64,000 nt of DNA from Botryllus schlosseri (GCA_051294905.1 CM119371.1:22446001-22510000); one strand, 5' to 3'; positions 51,316 through 63,772 are shown, counted from the stretch's first letter. The notes: generated by a model not told the origin, from the sequence alone. A program made the numbers and translations.

Positions 51316-53316
51316 TGTTTTTACTATACTCGTGACGGTGTAATTTTTGTGTTTATGATTGAGATATATTTCATCCCGTGAGGTGGTACCTAGCGTTCTT
51401 CCTCTAAAGAAACGTTTCACATTAGGACTAAACAGCTATGAGGGTAGCAGCATAGAGTGCTGCGCCAACTGCTATTATTCCATTGCATACTGTAACGCTT
51501 TCTTGTTCAAAGAAGAAGGAAAGAAGATGGGAAAACACAACAACCTGGACGAAACAACAACGACCGAAGGAAACTGACGATGCAACAGAGGAGACGAGAA
51601 GGATGATGAAACAGAAAAGATACGCGGCGATATGCGAAAATGAAATGTGCACGTGTACTTGATGTATTTCATGCCCTTGTGTGATCGCGCGCGTAAGCGA
51701 ATTTGAAATCGATGTTTATTATTTGTATTGAAATTCTATAGGAGCAATAAATATTCGGCGGATAGCCAAAAGAAAAAAAATAAAGCCCGTGTTGCACATC
51801 GCGCTTCATCAGTACATATTTAAAGTTAACACACTGCACTACACGTTACTGCTAAACTCAATGGATTATGCGCAAATGCAGCTTACCATTTTGTTTATCA
51901 TTTTTAACTTCAGGAGCAGGCAAACTACGGCCCGCGAAAGCCTCAAGAAACGTTGTAGAGATATTGATAAAATACGTACTAAAAATCGAAATTGTGTTTT
52001 TTTAGTTGTAAAATTAAAAATTTTGCCATAATTGTGTGAATACTTTCAAAAAAAATTTTTGTATGAGCCTACAGACAATTATCACCCGATAGAGTCCACG
52101 TATATCGATATGGGATGGTTGGAACATTCAAAACAGTCTGTTCCACAGCAATAGTACCGATATTTCGTCAAAGGAGCTACATTAACCCTATATTTTTAAT
52201 TGCCAATGAAAATCCACTATGACGTCACAACTGCATATTAGTGACGTAAAGACTTAAAGAAACATTTTTTAAACGAGGGCCTTGTTTTAAACATGTTTGT
52301 TTTCAATTGATTTGTGTTTTAATTGCAGCTCTAAACATAGCATTTGGTTTATCCTGTTGATGAGGCTAAGGCGCCACCTCGCGGCCCATGCTTTTGTATA
52401 CGTTTCAATATCTAAACAGCAAAATGTGAAACGTATGACGGAAATTTGCTCCAGTTGATATATTTGGCGACGTTTAAAACGTCACTATGTCCTTCGAGAT
52501 TGTGGCAATATGTTGCCCGAGTCGTCGCTAGGTATCGTCTACAACTGTACGGGCTATCACTGCACTGAAATGTAGGACGGAAGATAGCAATATGACGTCA
52601 CGTGACGTCACGAGGTTCACGTTCGCGTTCACACAGAACCTATGAAAATGGTTCGCGTTCCCACGAGCCTGAACCTTTTAGAAGTTTACACCATCCCTAC
52701 AAAAGGTACCATCGTTATGATACTGTCTGCATTGTGTATCCTGGAGTTGAACCAAAATCACAATCAGCAAATATAAGGGATTGCTGCTCACATACTCAAA
52801 TTTACATCCAGTTGTAAGAATTGGGACAACCGATTTTCATCAATAATTTTGACAATGGGGACGGGCAGTTTATAAATTATCGTCCAGGTTTCTGACGCGT
52901 GTACCTTATAGCATCAAATCAATGACTCACTCGTTTTAAATACAGAAATTGTCAAGTGGATTCAAAAGTTGAATGCGGCCCGCGAACTAAAAAGTTTGCC
53001 CTCCTCTGTAGCTAGTACCAATAAATACTGAGAAGCACGCTGTCGTGTTGGAAGTGCGGCTATTGTCTAGCCATAATGTTCCGTGTCGCTGTTTGTAATC
53101 TGAGATGATACAGCTCGATGTATAAAAGAAACGATGTAAACCTGGATATAGGCTACTTTAACATGAATGTAGCTCTCGGCGAAACTTGCCATTGCGGAAC
53201 TTGATTCTAGTTGATGTTGGAGTTCCTGAATGTCGTTGATCTCGTTCTCTGACTATGCGCTCAAGTGTAATTAATTACACTTTCGTCCTTGCCGATGGGA
53301 TAACCTATCGCGCCGC

Positions 53317-53388
53317 GCTGTGATCGTATAGTGGTTAGTACCTCACGTTGTGGCCGTGATAACCCAGGTTCGAATCCTGGTCACAGCA
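53317..53388 (+). tRNA. tRNA-His(GUG), copy 7 (identical to copy 4)
   Basis: Intact cloverleaf, anticodon GTG, T5 terminator. Confidence 0.95.
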
Positions 53389-53483
53389 CATTTTTACGAC
53401 TGCGTTTAGCACGGCAGACTTTCCACGAATCAAACACCACATTTCTTATCAGCTTTTCCCTTTGACAATTTTTTTCTTACGGT

Positions 53484-54926
53484 TGTAGCGGCTCTACAAG
53501 ACGCGCTCGTCGATCGTGTGATTATTTGATTGCCAATTTGTGAATGTTTCCGCGTCCCTTTTCAATGCATGCATGTTGATGCGTTAACTCGTCAGTTACT
53601 AACTTCGCTCGCAATAAACGGAGCTCTCGCTTCATTGGTGACCCCGAAGTTGTACACGGACTCTCGCATCCTTCGATCAGAACAACACGAAAACTGGTGG
53701 CATCAAAATTTGTATGGCATGGGTTGAAGAAAGAGGTCGGATTATGGGCAAAACAATGTGTTCCGTGTCAACGCGCTAAAGTACACACACACATCCGGGC
53801 ACCGCTAGCGAATTATCCACCCACAACTTCTCGTTTTCAGTCGGTAAACATTGACATCGTGGGACCATTGCCAATGTCACAAGGTAAAACGTACCTGCTG
53901 ACAGTAGTAGATCGTTTCACTCGCTGGCCGGAGGCGATACCAATGGAGGACTCGACGACATTAACGTGCGCTAGGGCATTCATCGCCAACTGGGTGGCAC
54001 GCTTCGGTATTCCAGCACACATTTCCTCCGACCGAGGACCGCAATTTACTTCGCATTTATGGGCCCAACTCAATCAGCTGCTAGGCGTGATCCTACACAG
54101 AACGACTAGTTTCCACCCGCAAGCCAATGGCCTCGTGGAACGCTTCCATAGACATTTGAAAAGTTCCCTTATGGCAAGACTCACTGGTCCAAACTGGCTG
54201 GATGAGCTACCATGGGTTCTTTTAGGCATCCGCACAACACCCAAAGAGGATTTGGACGCCTCTTCGGCCGAACTTGTATACGGTGCTCCATTGACGGTTC
54301 CCGGCGATTTTGTTTCTTTTTCAGGAGAAAGCGCACATCGGGATTGGCCAACGTTACAGGAAAAGATGCGCAATCTCCTTCCACGTCCTATGTCACGACA
54401 CGGCACGTCAAAAACCGCAGTCCCCGGAAGTTTGAAAGAATGCACATACGTGTTCATTCGAAAGGATGCACACCGACCACCGTTGACCAAACCTTACGAC
54501 GGACCGTACAAGGTTCTGAAGAAATCGACGAAATCATTTACGATATCCATGGGCGGCAGAACAGAAGTGGTGTCCGTCGATCGTCTAAAGCCGGCGTATA
54601 TGGATCTAAACGAACCAGTGGAAGTAGCACAACCTGCAAGACGGGGCAGACCACCGCGGCAACCAAGTGAGATCGAGCAACCGCGCGATCTTCAAAATGC
54701 AAGAAGATCGAAACGCAACAGGCATCCTCCATCTCGCTACGGTTCCTGAGGATCCCCGCCGCTGGAGGGGGATGGTGTAGCGGCTCTACAAGACGCGCTC
54801 GTCGATCGTGTGATTATTTGATTGCCAATTTGTGAATGTTTCCGCGTCCCTTTTCAATGCATGCATGTTGATGCGTTAACTCGTCAGTTACTAACTTCGC
54901 TCGCAATAAACGGAGCTCTCGCTTCA
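53484..54926 (+). mobile_element. Internally deleted Ty3/Gypsy LTR retrotransposon, integrase only
   Basis: Identical 151-bp LTRs (53484-53634 and 54776-54926) with TG...CA ends and a 4-bp TSD CGGT. PBS TGGTGACCCCGA at 53636-53647 (tRNA-Trp-like); PPT GGAGGGGGATGG. Confidence 0.95.
53646..54749 (+). CDS. Gypsy-type integrase reading frame (HHCC, DDE core, GPY/F), with no upstream in-frame ATG
   Basis: The frame extends 5' of the annotated ORF start at 53697 as EVVHGLSHPSIRTTRKLVASKFVW...CVPC. Core motifs are NIDIVGPLP, SSDRGPQF and NGLVERFHR; C-terminal YDGPYKV. Confidence 0.85.
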   Translation, partial: EVVHGLSHPSIRTTRKLVASKFVWHGLKKEVGLWAKQCVPCQRAKVHTHIRAPLANYPPTTSRFQSVNIDIVGPLPMSQGKTYLLTVVDRFTRWPEAIPMEDSTTLTCARAFIANWVARFGIPAHISSDRGPQFTSHLWAQLNQLLGVILHRTTSFHPQANGLVERFHRHLKSSLMARLTGPNWLDELPWVLLGIRTTPKEDLDASSAELVYGAPLTVPGDFVSFSGESAHRDWPTLQEKMRNLLPRPMSRHGTSKTAVPGSLKECTYVFIRKDAHRPPLTKPYDGPYKVLKKSTKSFTISMGGRTEVVSVDRLKPAYMDLNEPVEVAQPARRGRPPRQPSEIEQPRDLQNARRSKRNRHPPSRYGS

Positions 54927-55040
54927 CGGTCATAATATCAATTCATCAACACTAATCTTGTCTGATCTCGTTATCTGATTGCATTTAACAGCTATTATGC
55001 CCGTCACGGGTTTCGCCGATGAGATGTCTCATCGCGCTGC

Positions 55041-55106
55041 GCTGTGATCGTAAAGTGGTTGGTACGTCACGCTGTGACATCCCAGGCCCGAATCCTGGTC
55101 ACAGCA
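55041..55106 (+). pseudogene. Degenerate tRNA-His copy 8 (anticodon loop deleted)
   Basis: GCTGTGATCGTAAAGTGGTTGGTACGTCACGCTGTGACATCCCAGGCCCGAATCCTGGTCACAGCA. Confidence 0.85.
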
Positions 55107-55637
55107 ACTTCTTCAAGACGTGTACGACGAGCTGTATTATTGGGAAACTCCCCACTATCCAAAGATTGCGTCTCTTTTCAACTGTTTTTGATTAGAAATT
55201 CTTTCTTGCGGTCGCGATAAGAATGGAATGTATCAATAAATTGCTAGCATGATATGATATGATACGGCAGCACGCGAATCGATTTCGAATTACTGCGGTG
55301 CCAGATTTTGTCCTGCCTGTTTCACACCCACAAATGACAACGGAAAATATGTCTAGCATCTCGACGTAATATCCTTCATTTCGCAGCGATTATTCCCTAA
55401 ACTAAAAATCTCTTTTATAGAGTCCATAACTCAGGCAAGTCGTTCCTAATTGGACAAAAGGAAAGCTTCTAATGCGATAATAAACAAATTCTCCGACTGG
55501 AACGATTGGATTAGAATCATCAAATATCATCCAAGAATTCCCTCCAAAGTGTGTCATCGAGAACACATCTTTTCTACTCGTATCCGCTAACCATAACATA
55601 GGGACATACGAGATCGATCATTTGATCGTGTATAGTT

Positions 55638-56358
55638 CAGGGCCGGCCAAGCCGTGACCCGCGGACCACATGTGGCCCGCCAGAAGGTTTTGAGTGGCCG
55701 TTGAGGTAATTTCCGAAATTAGTAATATTATTAAAAATGGATTGCACAGATTGTGAACTAAAGAAAGGCAAAGGAAATTTGATTAGTCTGGCCGCAACAC
55801 TTGAGACGTGATGACTAAATTATTAGTTCCGACGCATTGGCAGATCCATGAGCCCGTCACATTTTGTTAGATCTTCGTACACTACAATGAAGCAGATTAA
55901 TTTGCGATAGATTTATCAAAAGTAAAAATTTTCTACACGCTTCGCGCAACATGTTGTCACTCGATTTCTTGCTTTTAATATTGTTACCCCTTTGTGAAAA
56001 TAAAAGAACGCCCAGATTGAGTCTAACTATCTTCGATTACGAGACAAAGTGTCGTTCAACATATGCGACCTTGCTTATGCGCTCGCAGAAATACCGTCGA
56101 CTATGAAACCTAGGCACAAAATGATTGACGCATGTTGGTCGAAGCTTTCCATATCGGTATGTCCATTGTCCAGGCGCCGAATAGTCCAGTTCTTGAAAAC
56201 TGAGCCCAGCGATATATAACAGGCCCGCAATATAGTCAAGTGAGAATATTATTGACTTATGTACTTCGAAAGATTTTCGCGCCTCGCGCGGCTACTGGTC
56301 TGCGCAATAGTTCATCAAACGAATGTGGCCCTTTGCCTGAAAAGCTTGGCTACCCCTG
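55638..56358. mobile_element. hAT-type MITE
   Basis: CAGGGCCGGCCAAGC/GCTTGGCTACCCCTG; degenerate TSD GTATAGTT/ATGTAGTT. A related copy starts at about 61685. Confidence 0.65.
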
Positions 56359-56443
56359 ATGTAGTTGATCGCGATTTTTGATTACGGTAAACAGTAATTA
56401 TATTAGGAATTCGGTCTGTCTGCTGTGTGCACCATCGCGCCGC

Positions 56444-56515
56444 GCTGTGATCGTAAAGTGTTTAGTACCTCACGTTGTGGCCGTGATAGCCCAGGTTCGA
56501 ATTCTGGTCACAGCA
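56444..56515 (+). pseudogene. tRNA-His(GUG) copy 9, variant or probable pseudogene
   Basis: 72 nt with anticodon GTG intact; substitutions in the D arm (GG>GT) and B box (GAATT). Confidence 0.75.
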
Positions 56516-56975
56516 CTGTTTTGTGAGCTCTTCTTTTTCCGGAAGCCGTGACGATAGCCATTACGGACGAAATCAATTCAGTCGATGATGTGTAGATGGT
56601 ACTTCATGTCGATTTCCTCTCACCTATCATGTGTCTGAGCCGTAGTAAACAGTAATGAAAAGTAATTATGAATGGTGGCACTCGTTCATTTATCATTGCA
56701 ATAACAATCCGTTTATTATTAGATTGTTTCGCAGTCAAAAGGCCTGCAATATGTAGATTTCATATAATAAAGAATTTGGAACACGGATACTGTGGTACCC
56801 ATGACAATTTACTGTATATTAGAACCACGAGTCTCGTTTAGCGTATATTAAAACATGTTGGCTTTAATATTGCGGTATCTGCTTTGCCAATAAAGCTAAT
56901 GGGGGCGTTTCTGATTGACATAAACGTATTTATGACCGCGCTCACACGCGCCGATGGCTTGTTCCGTCGCGCTGT

Positions 56976-57047
56976 ACTGTGATCGTAATGTGATTAGCAC
57001 GTCACGTTCTAGCCGTGACAATCCAAGTTCGAACCCTGGTCGCAGCA
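56976..57047 (+). pseudogene. Degenerate tRNA-His copy 10 with CTA in the anticodon position
   Basis: Anticodon arm TCACG-TTCTAGC-CGTGA; A1:C72 mismatch; damaged D arm and T arm. Confidence 0.75.
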
Positions 57048-57189
57048 TATTTTAGATTGATTTTATTTGTAAACATTTGGGTCGACTGAGTATACGCATA
57101 ATAAGTAGCATTTTTTTCATCTGAATAATATTAATAATACCATATCTTTGTTTTTATGGTTTTGTGGGGTGGGGTATTCATGGTATTAG

Positions 57190-57425
57190 TCGGCTACTAT
57201 GGTCATTTACACCAGGCCAATTTCAATCATTTTTATTCCGTAGCTGCCGACTTGTTGCACGGCTCACTTCTAGGCTTTTATAAGACACCGCTTACACGGA
57301 TGAGATGGCGAGGAGGAGCCTAGATAAACCTCCAACACTTGAGTAGGAATTCTGGAGTCGATCTCGGCCGGAGTCGAACCCGCAACCCATTGGTGTTGCA
57401 GCTATGGAATATACCACTGTAGCAT
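57190..57425 (-). mobile_element. tRNA-derived SINE copy
   Basis: Reverse complement of the 7397-7630 SINE, with B box GGTTCGACTCC. Confidence 0.65.
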
Positions 57426-59223
57426 TTAGAAATTATTCGCGAACCACCTGAAATAGCTTCGCTACCCACAGGATGGGAAGCCATGATGAAATTGATAATA
57501 GTTATTAGGAATTAACTTACATGAGAGATATCTACGATATCATACTGCGTTGGCGACACATGGCGGCAATAACAGAGTACAAACGACCTCTATGATGACA
57601 CATGATATCCAACGAAACAATGCAATGTGCGTGGCTGAAATATTCGTGACAAAGAAAGCATTCCCCCGAACAAAGAGGCATATCATTGTCCATTGATGAG
57701 ATTTGTTGAATAATCGTATAACGAACTGAAGGGGGATACTCGCAAATGAACGATGTTGTACATGTGTCTTGGCTTTTTCAGGGATTGAATGCAGTGTGCG
57801 ACCGCAGTGAAGCACTAAATCAAGGAATAGGCATTATAAAAAATCCTCTAGTTTAGATGCGTGTATCATTAGCATAGAGGTGCGCGATGGAGCCGACGGT
57901 CTGACTGAGATAGACTGCTCACTGTGAGACGATTATTAAGATTGATCCGTTGTATATTATTTCATCCTAATTTATATACATTTCTATACTGTCGCAACAT
58001 ATGAAGGTAGTGACGCGTGTTGCGTCGACACCATGTTCCGTGCTCTGTATGCGAACCTTACTTGATCAGACGTCCGTTCGACGTTCGGAATTTATGTTAT
58101 AGCTTCTACGCTGTGAACGTCTTTAGAAAATGTGCAAACTATAGGGAAATCTGGACATTATTGATCAAATTTCCTTGAATTTTTACTGATAAAAACTTGG
58201 TGCTTTAGCGTGTAAACAACAATGAAAATTCGGAAAAAAACTAAAATAAAATGTGTATCAACAAATACTGCCTCTGGAGAATGTAGCCTAAAATGCCACT
58301 CTTCTCTGGTTAAAACTTATAAATACCCGTCCTCATAACGGGCTGACTGAGAGCAAACGATGTTCGACACATCCGTCAATGATACAGACGCATTGATGCA
58401 AAGTATTTCCTGGGTCGCGAAGACGCTCCGATTTCCTTCCCATAAAATCATGCTGGAATTAGATTCCCTGAATGTCGGTACCCTTATATAGATATATTAG
58501 ATTGTAATCACAGATTGCTGGAAGAAAATGATAGGACAGTTCGATCAAATAACTGCATATACTCTGATAAGTGACTACCGCACTCCGTCAACATACAGGG
58601 AGGCGAATTTTCCCTTTAATGTTTATTTTTGACGTGATGTAACGTCATGTGTTCGTGTTCCATTAAACACGCGTGGACAAGTACCCTATTCTTAAAGGGG
58701 CACACAGCATCGCGATTAGTTAGAACAGTTACGGCTAGAACTGAAGTATAACTATTGACAACACCTTTAGACGGGCCTTGGAATCAACTAAGTGATGTTC
58801 GGATAAGTCAAAAACTATTATAGTTACAAGGCGAAAAACGGATGCCCCCAAACCGCCTCATGGCCGAGGGTGGATCGAACAACGTCGTATCTTTCGATGG
58901 GATGAAAGTTGAGAACTTGCACATTTTTATGCCGGGGGGAAATGGAAGGTGACTTATAGCTGAGTAACATACAATTAACAGCTAACTGTAAATAATGTCG
59001 ATTATCAGAGAAAGTCCAGGAAGCAACAACAGAAGCGACAACAACCGAGCCAAGCTGGGTAGGTAACTTTATTATGTTAAAATACAAGGATACCGGTACT
59101 TTGATTCACTCGAGGAATGGATATCTAAATTGCTGTGTATCCGGAAACCTTATCATATAGGGCAGGGGTGTCAAACTCAACTCGGGTCTCTGGCCGGATT
59201 GAAACCTTCAAATTGCTCGCTGG

Positions 59224-60693
59224 CAATGTTCCCTCCAAGCTGCGCACGTGCGCAAATGCGCAGTGCTGACACGGTCTCTGCGCACAGAAAATCTAAGCTG
59301 CGCACAAAAAATCTGAAGTAATGTTTTTTTCTAGTCGTTGCGCACCATGGTCCAACGCGGGCGCGCAGACTCGTGAAAAATTAAAGGGCAGATTGCAAGG
59401 GGCAAATAGCGTTATCCCTGAAGTCTAAAACCGAGGTACAATTGCGACCGGCATATAGGTAAATATTGCGCTCCGTGAAGAAATGAGGATTTGCAATTAC
59501 GTGCGTCTCACGAAAGAGATTTTTCTTTTAGTATGGTCTCGTATGCACGATCGATACTGATATCATTTGAATAGCGCATTATTTTCTTGAAATGGCGAAA
59601 TAAAATGGTTTAACGAAGTCATAAATAGCAATGGACTGGCTCGAAGTTAATCTGCGAGAAACTCACGAATAGTCTACTCCACGTGGCATGAACATGGCGT
59701 AAGATTTACTCAGGGCATTAACTGCCGCACCCCAAATCCCCCAATTGGAGGGGCCGAGCTCAAAGGGGGCCCAAAATTATTTCGTGAATTAACACAAATC
59801 ATGGTGCATTTATTCTGTCAAATATCTTAATTATTGGGTACCCTTTCCCAAACAAAAAATATGCACGATTTATTGAAATGAGCACTTGGGCGTCGGCCAT
59901 TACCGCGCCACGACGCACCAAGACAGAGGGAGTTATAGGCTATGTAACATGCGACTCCGAGAAGTGCGACAGAACGATCAGCAGTAAGAAAACCGTGACC
60001 AAAAAGGACTGCCCTTGTGCTAACCGAAAACTTCGATATATATACATACATATATTTCTAATTATCCATAGGCGCCTAAATGACTGGCGCTGAATGTTCC
60101 TGTCCTGGAGATCCGAGTCCCAGAACAAGACAAATGCCATATCGAGGGAACATTATTTGCCATTACAAAAAGTACCAATTTGAAATCGTGTACGTCTTTT
60201 AGTTTATTATACGTTTGGGCGATTTCAAATACTTTTGACATAGCAGATAGGAGGTCACGAGATACCATCATGTAACGAAGTCACTATACCAACGGGTACG
60301 CCCGAAGATGTTTTATTATTATTATAGATGACCTACCTTTTCTAACACACCTCACTCGATCAGCTCTGCCAGTAAATTTGATTTTGTGAGCAGAGAGAAG
60401 ATAAAAATTGATAGCAAAATAGGCAATTCGCGATCATATTGACCGATTCAATCATAAATTATATAAATTGTTCGCGCTTCGCGCGTTTAGGCTAGACAAC
60501 CACTAAACGGCCCCCCAGTGTACATGACAAGTAGCGGCAAAAAGGCGAAGATCTCGACGGGGGTGTGGGGGCGAAGCCCCCCAGAAGTTCGGTTTATCAC
60601 CCTATGGGGGCCTGGTTGCGCACTGTTGTCCAAGGGCCTGCGCAGTGAATTGGTGTGTTTGCGCAGACTTGTGAAAAATTAGAGGGAACATTG
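59224..60693. mobile_element. CAATGTTCCC-family element with large captured interior
   Basis: TIRs CAATGTTCCCTC/GAGGGAACATTG; TSD CTCGCTGG/CTCGCGGG; interior homologous to 34780-35740. Confidence 0.72.
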
Positions 60694-63189
60694 CTCGCGG
60701 GTCATACCAGTCACATGATTCCAAAATGTTACCTCAACATCCATGTCCTTACTTTCCACTTGCATACTTTACGATCAACCCTATACCCATAATAGTGTAT
60801 AACATTATATTGCGGATCATAGGGATTATATTCTAGCAACAAGATTATTCGCAAACAACGGTATCGGCAGAAATAAAACTATTGACCGAATGAATAAAAT
60901 CATTAGCCGCTAAACAGGAGCTCAAATAAGATATTTCTATGCTCTTTATGATTTAGTCGTAATCTGGTGTTATCCCTGCAAATGCGTTGTGAGTAATATA
61001 CAGGAGATTTACCTCAAAACGCGGACGTTGGAATTTAGTTTAATATCAATAAATCGCGATTCGGGTTTGTCAGGAGGCCGGGGACTTTTCAAGTCAGAGA
61101 TGACCAGACATAATTAAAATTATATTTTTTTGTGAATATAATATTCTCAATGTAACCTACATATGACGGAATTATGTTGGCGTTTCTGGTCTGTGGATAA
61201 CTACTTTTTGGTCCATTTTCCAATAAAACGCTGAACTCAGTATGTCCTTTATTGCCTTCTAGAACAGTGGTTCTCAACCGCCGATCCACCGACAGGCACC
61301 GATTCGTAGGCAGAGCTTAGGGGCGTGAAAGCATCGTAAGGAGGGCGCGGTTAACTGAAAAATATTTTCGCGCTTCGTGCGATTTACCTCTGATTAATGG
61401 TTGTTGCTCTGTGTATTGTCTGCATTTCATATTTGAAAATTATCTCATCAACAGTCATAACCTTCCATGCCATCAAACTATCCGTTGTGATTGCTAGCAT
61501 TCTGGTTGTATTTTGTGATATGACGATAAGGGGGCGAGGATTTTTTCACTATCATAAAAGGGGGCATGTCTAAAAAAGGTTGGAAACCACTGGAATAAAC
61601 GATAAGTGACACGCCCAGAGAAAATTATTTCCTTGCAACCATATAACTTGACCATGAAAAGCTTGCTAAGACCTAGACCTGCATCAGGGCCGGCCAACCC
61701 ATGACCCGAGAGAAGGTTTTGAGTGGCCCGCGAGGTAATTCTCTAAATTAGGTATATTATTAAAAAAAAAACCAGTTAATATATTATGTACTGGCAAGGC
61801 CAAGCAAAAATTTTATTGACCTGACCGCGAAATCTGGGATATTAATAACTAAAACATCAGTTCCGACGCATTGACTGGGCCAGCCGTGTTTTTGTAAATC
61901 TATGTATATGACCATAAAGTAGAACATTTCGTCGCGGATTTATTTGGCTTGAAATTTTTCTTGGCACTTCGCGCGATTTATCGTCACTCGATTTCTTGCT
62001 TCTAGTATTGGTACCACTCGTGAAAATGAAAAATAAAAAATACGCTAAATTTACGAAAATGAGTCTAAATATATTCACACTTTTGAGTGAACATGTCGTT
62101 TAACACAGTGGTTCTCAACCTTTTCGTCTTCGCGGACCCCTTTTGGACCATCACGGACCCCCGCGGACCCCCAAAAATATTGTTCAAATTTAGCTCTATT
62201 ATCGTGCAAACGTCATCTGTCCTGTGCAAATATCAGCTGTATAGGCTCGTGATAAATATCAACAAAATGACCATTCTTGAAAATAACATCATAGCCTATA
62301 AATTGGCAATACTTTTATTATTTCGAAGCGAATTCTGGAGCTAAAATTCTTGGAATACGCATTCGTGTCTTGAGAATACGCGCCGTCTATTCGATACGAA
62401 CGAAAGCCGCAAATCCATTTCCAAAAAGATAGGTGGTGGCGAATGTCATTATAACGCGCAACGCTTCCGACGACATATTTGGATCCGATCGCAACATATA
62501 TCAAAATTGAGAAACAGATTTTGAGTGAACATATAACGTCCACCATAGTCATTTCTATCTAGCAGCTCATCTTATTGTTATTCTGGAATAGCAGTTATGC
62601 ATATCACAGGAGAAGATTGATTTTTGCAGGCACATTTGAACCAAAACTCCCAACTAAACATCTCTGAATGTTGCCCGCCCCTGGCCTACGGCCTAGGCCA
62701 TGGTGGGTGTCTGATTTCAAAGACTTATAGGTTACTCCATGTCGGTTCGACGCATTCCTATCTTTTCATTGTATCGCAATTTTGTGGTGTTTTGAAACGA
62801 TGAAAATATTAATAAACTGATACTGATACTGATAGCATTCAGCAGATACATCCGAATGCATGCTTCTAGTTTTTGCTTCCTTCCGTGTCAAATACTAACA
62901 ATTAATCACAAGGAGCGCTTTGATTGCGATGCGGCGAGTGCTGCGTCTCGAATTGCAACAGTTTATGTGGGTTCGAACAGCCCGCTTGGCCGCATAATGT
63001 CTATAAATACTAATATCGGCACAATGAGGTAATCGCACTGGAGAGCGCTAATTATGCGGTATAACAAAATCAGAAGTATATGCTGTTTGCCCTGATTATT
63101 TTATTGCATGTGGCTAATTTTGGAAGGCTGATTCCGAAAATCTAAATATCTTTCCGCTATCATCGATCATGAACCCCCAATGGTGTCAG

Positions 63190-63772
63190 CATAGTGCCCT
63201 ATATGGTGTCGACACAAGTAAATCTCACGGCTCAGTGAAATTGTATCATGTCACAATTTCCATTTGGCTACAGGCAATTTGACGGTCATTTTTGACCGGC
63301 TAGCCGAGCATTAAATTTGGTAAACGGGTATCAATCGAAAGCTGACTCTGCACTGATTACGAAAATATGAATTTTATTCCGCTCACCGCCCTGGAACCCC
63401 CACAATCAGCCTCGAATTTTTCATTGTTATGGAGATTGGCATTGGGACACAACAATGCTGTCTGGCGAAACGAGAGAGTAGCTCAAGAGAAAAAGAGCTG
63501 ACAGCATTGTTGCGTCCCAATGCCAATCTCCATAACAATGAAAAATTCGAGGCTGATTGTGGGGGTTCCAGGGCCGCGAGCGGAATAAAATTTATATTTT
63601 CGTAATCAGTGCAGAGTCAGCTTTCGATTGATACCCGTTTACCAAATTTAATGCTCGGCTAGCCGGTCAAAAATGACCGTCAAATTGCCAGTAGCCAAAT
63701 GGAAATTGTGACGTGATACAATTTCACTGAGCCGTGAGATTTGCTTGTGTCGATACCATATATGACACTATG
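63190..63772. mobile_element. Near-perfect palindromic foldback MITE, same family as 2189-7305
   Basis: Inverted arms of about 270 bp around a loop of about 37 bp; ends CATAGTG...CACTATG; 7-bp flanks GTGTCAG/GTGTCAA. Confidence 0.88.

Noticed and set aside
53636..53647. Idea that the LTR element is primed by the neighbouring tRNA-His
   Set aside because: A PBS for these tRNAs would read TGGTGCTGTGA; the observed TGGTGACCCCGA fits the tRNA-Trp 3' end.
53837..54732. Several overlapping ORFs antisense or out of frame to the integrase
   Set aside because: These are shadow ORFs of a GC-richer coding region.
58430..58610. Fragments HKIML... and CWKKMIG faintly like a third sulfotransferase
   Set aside because: No PK or RDP motif and no consistent frame; probably chance.
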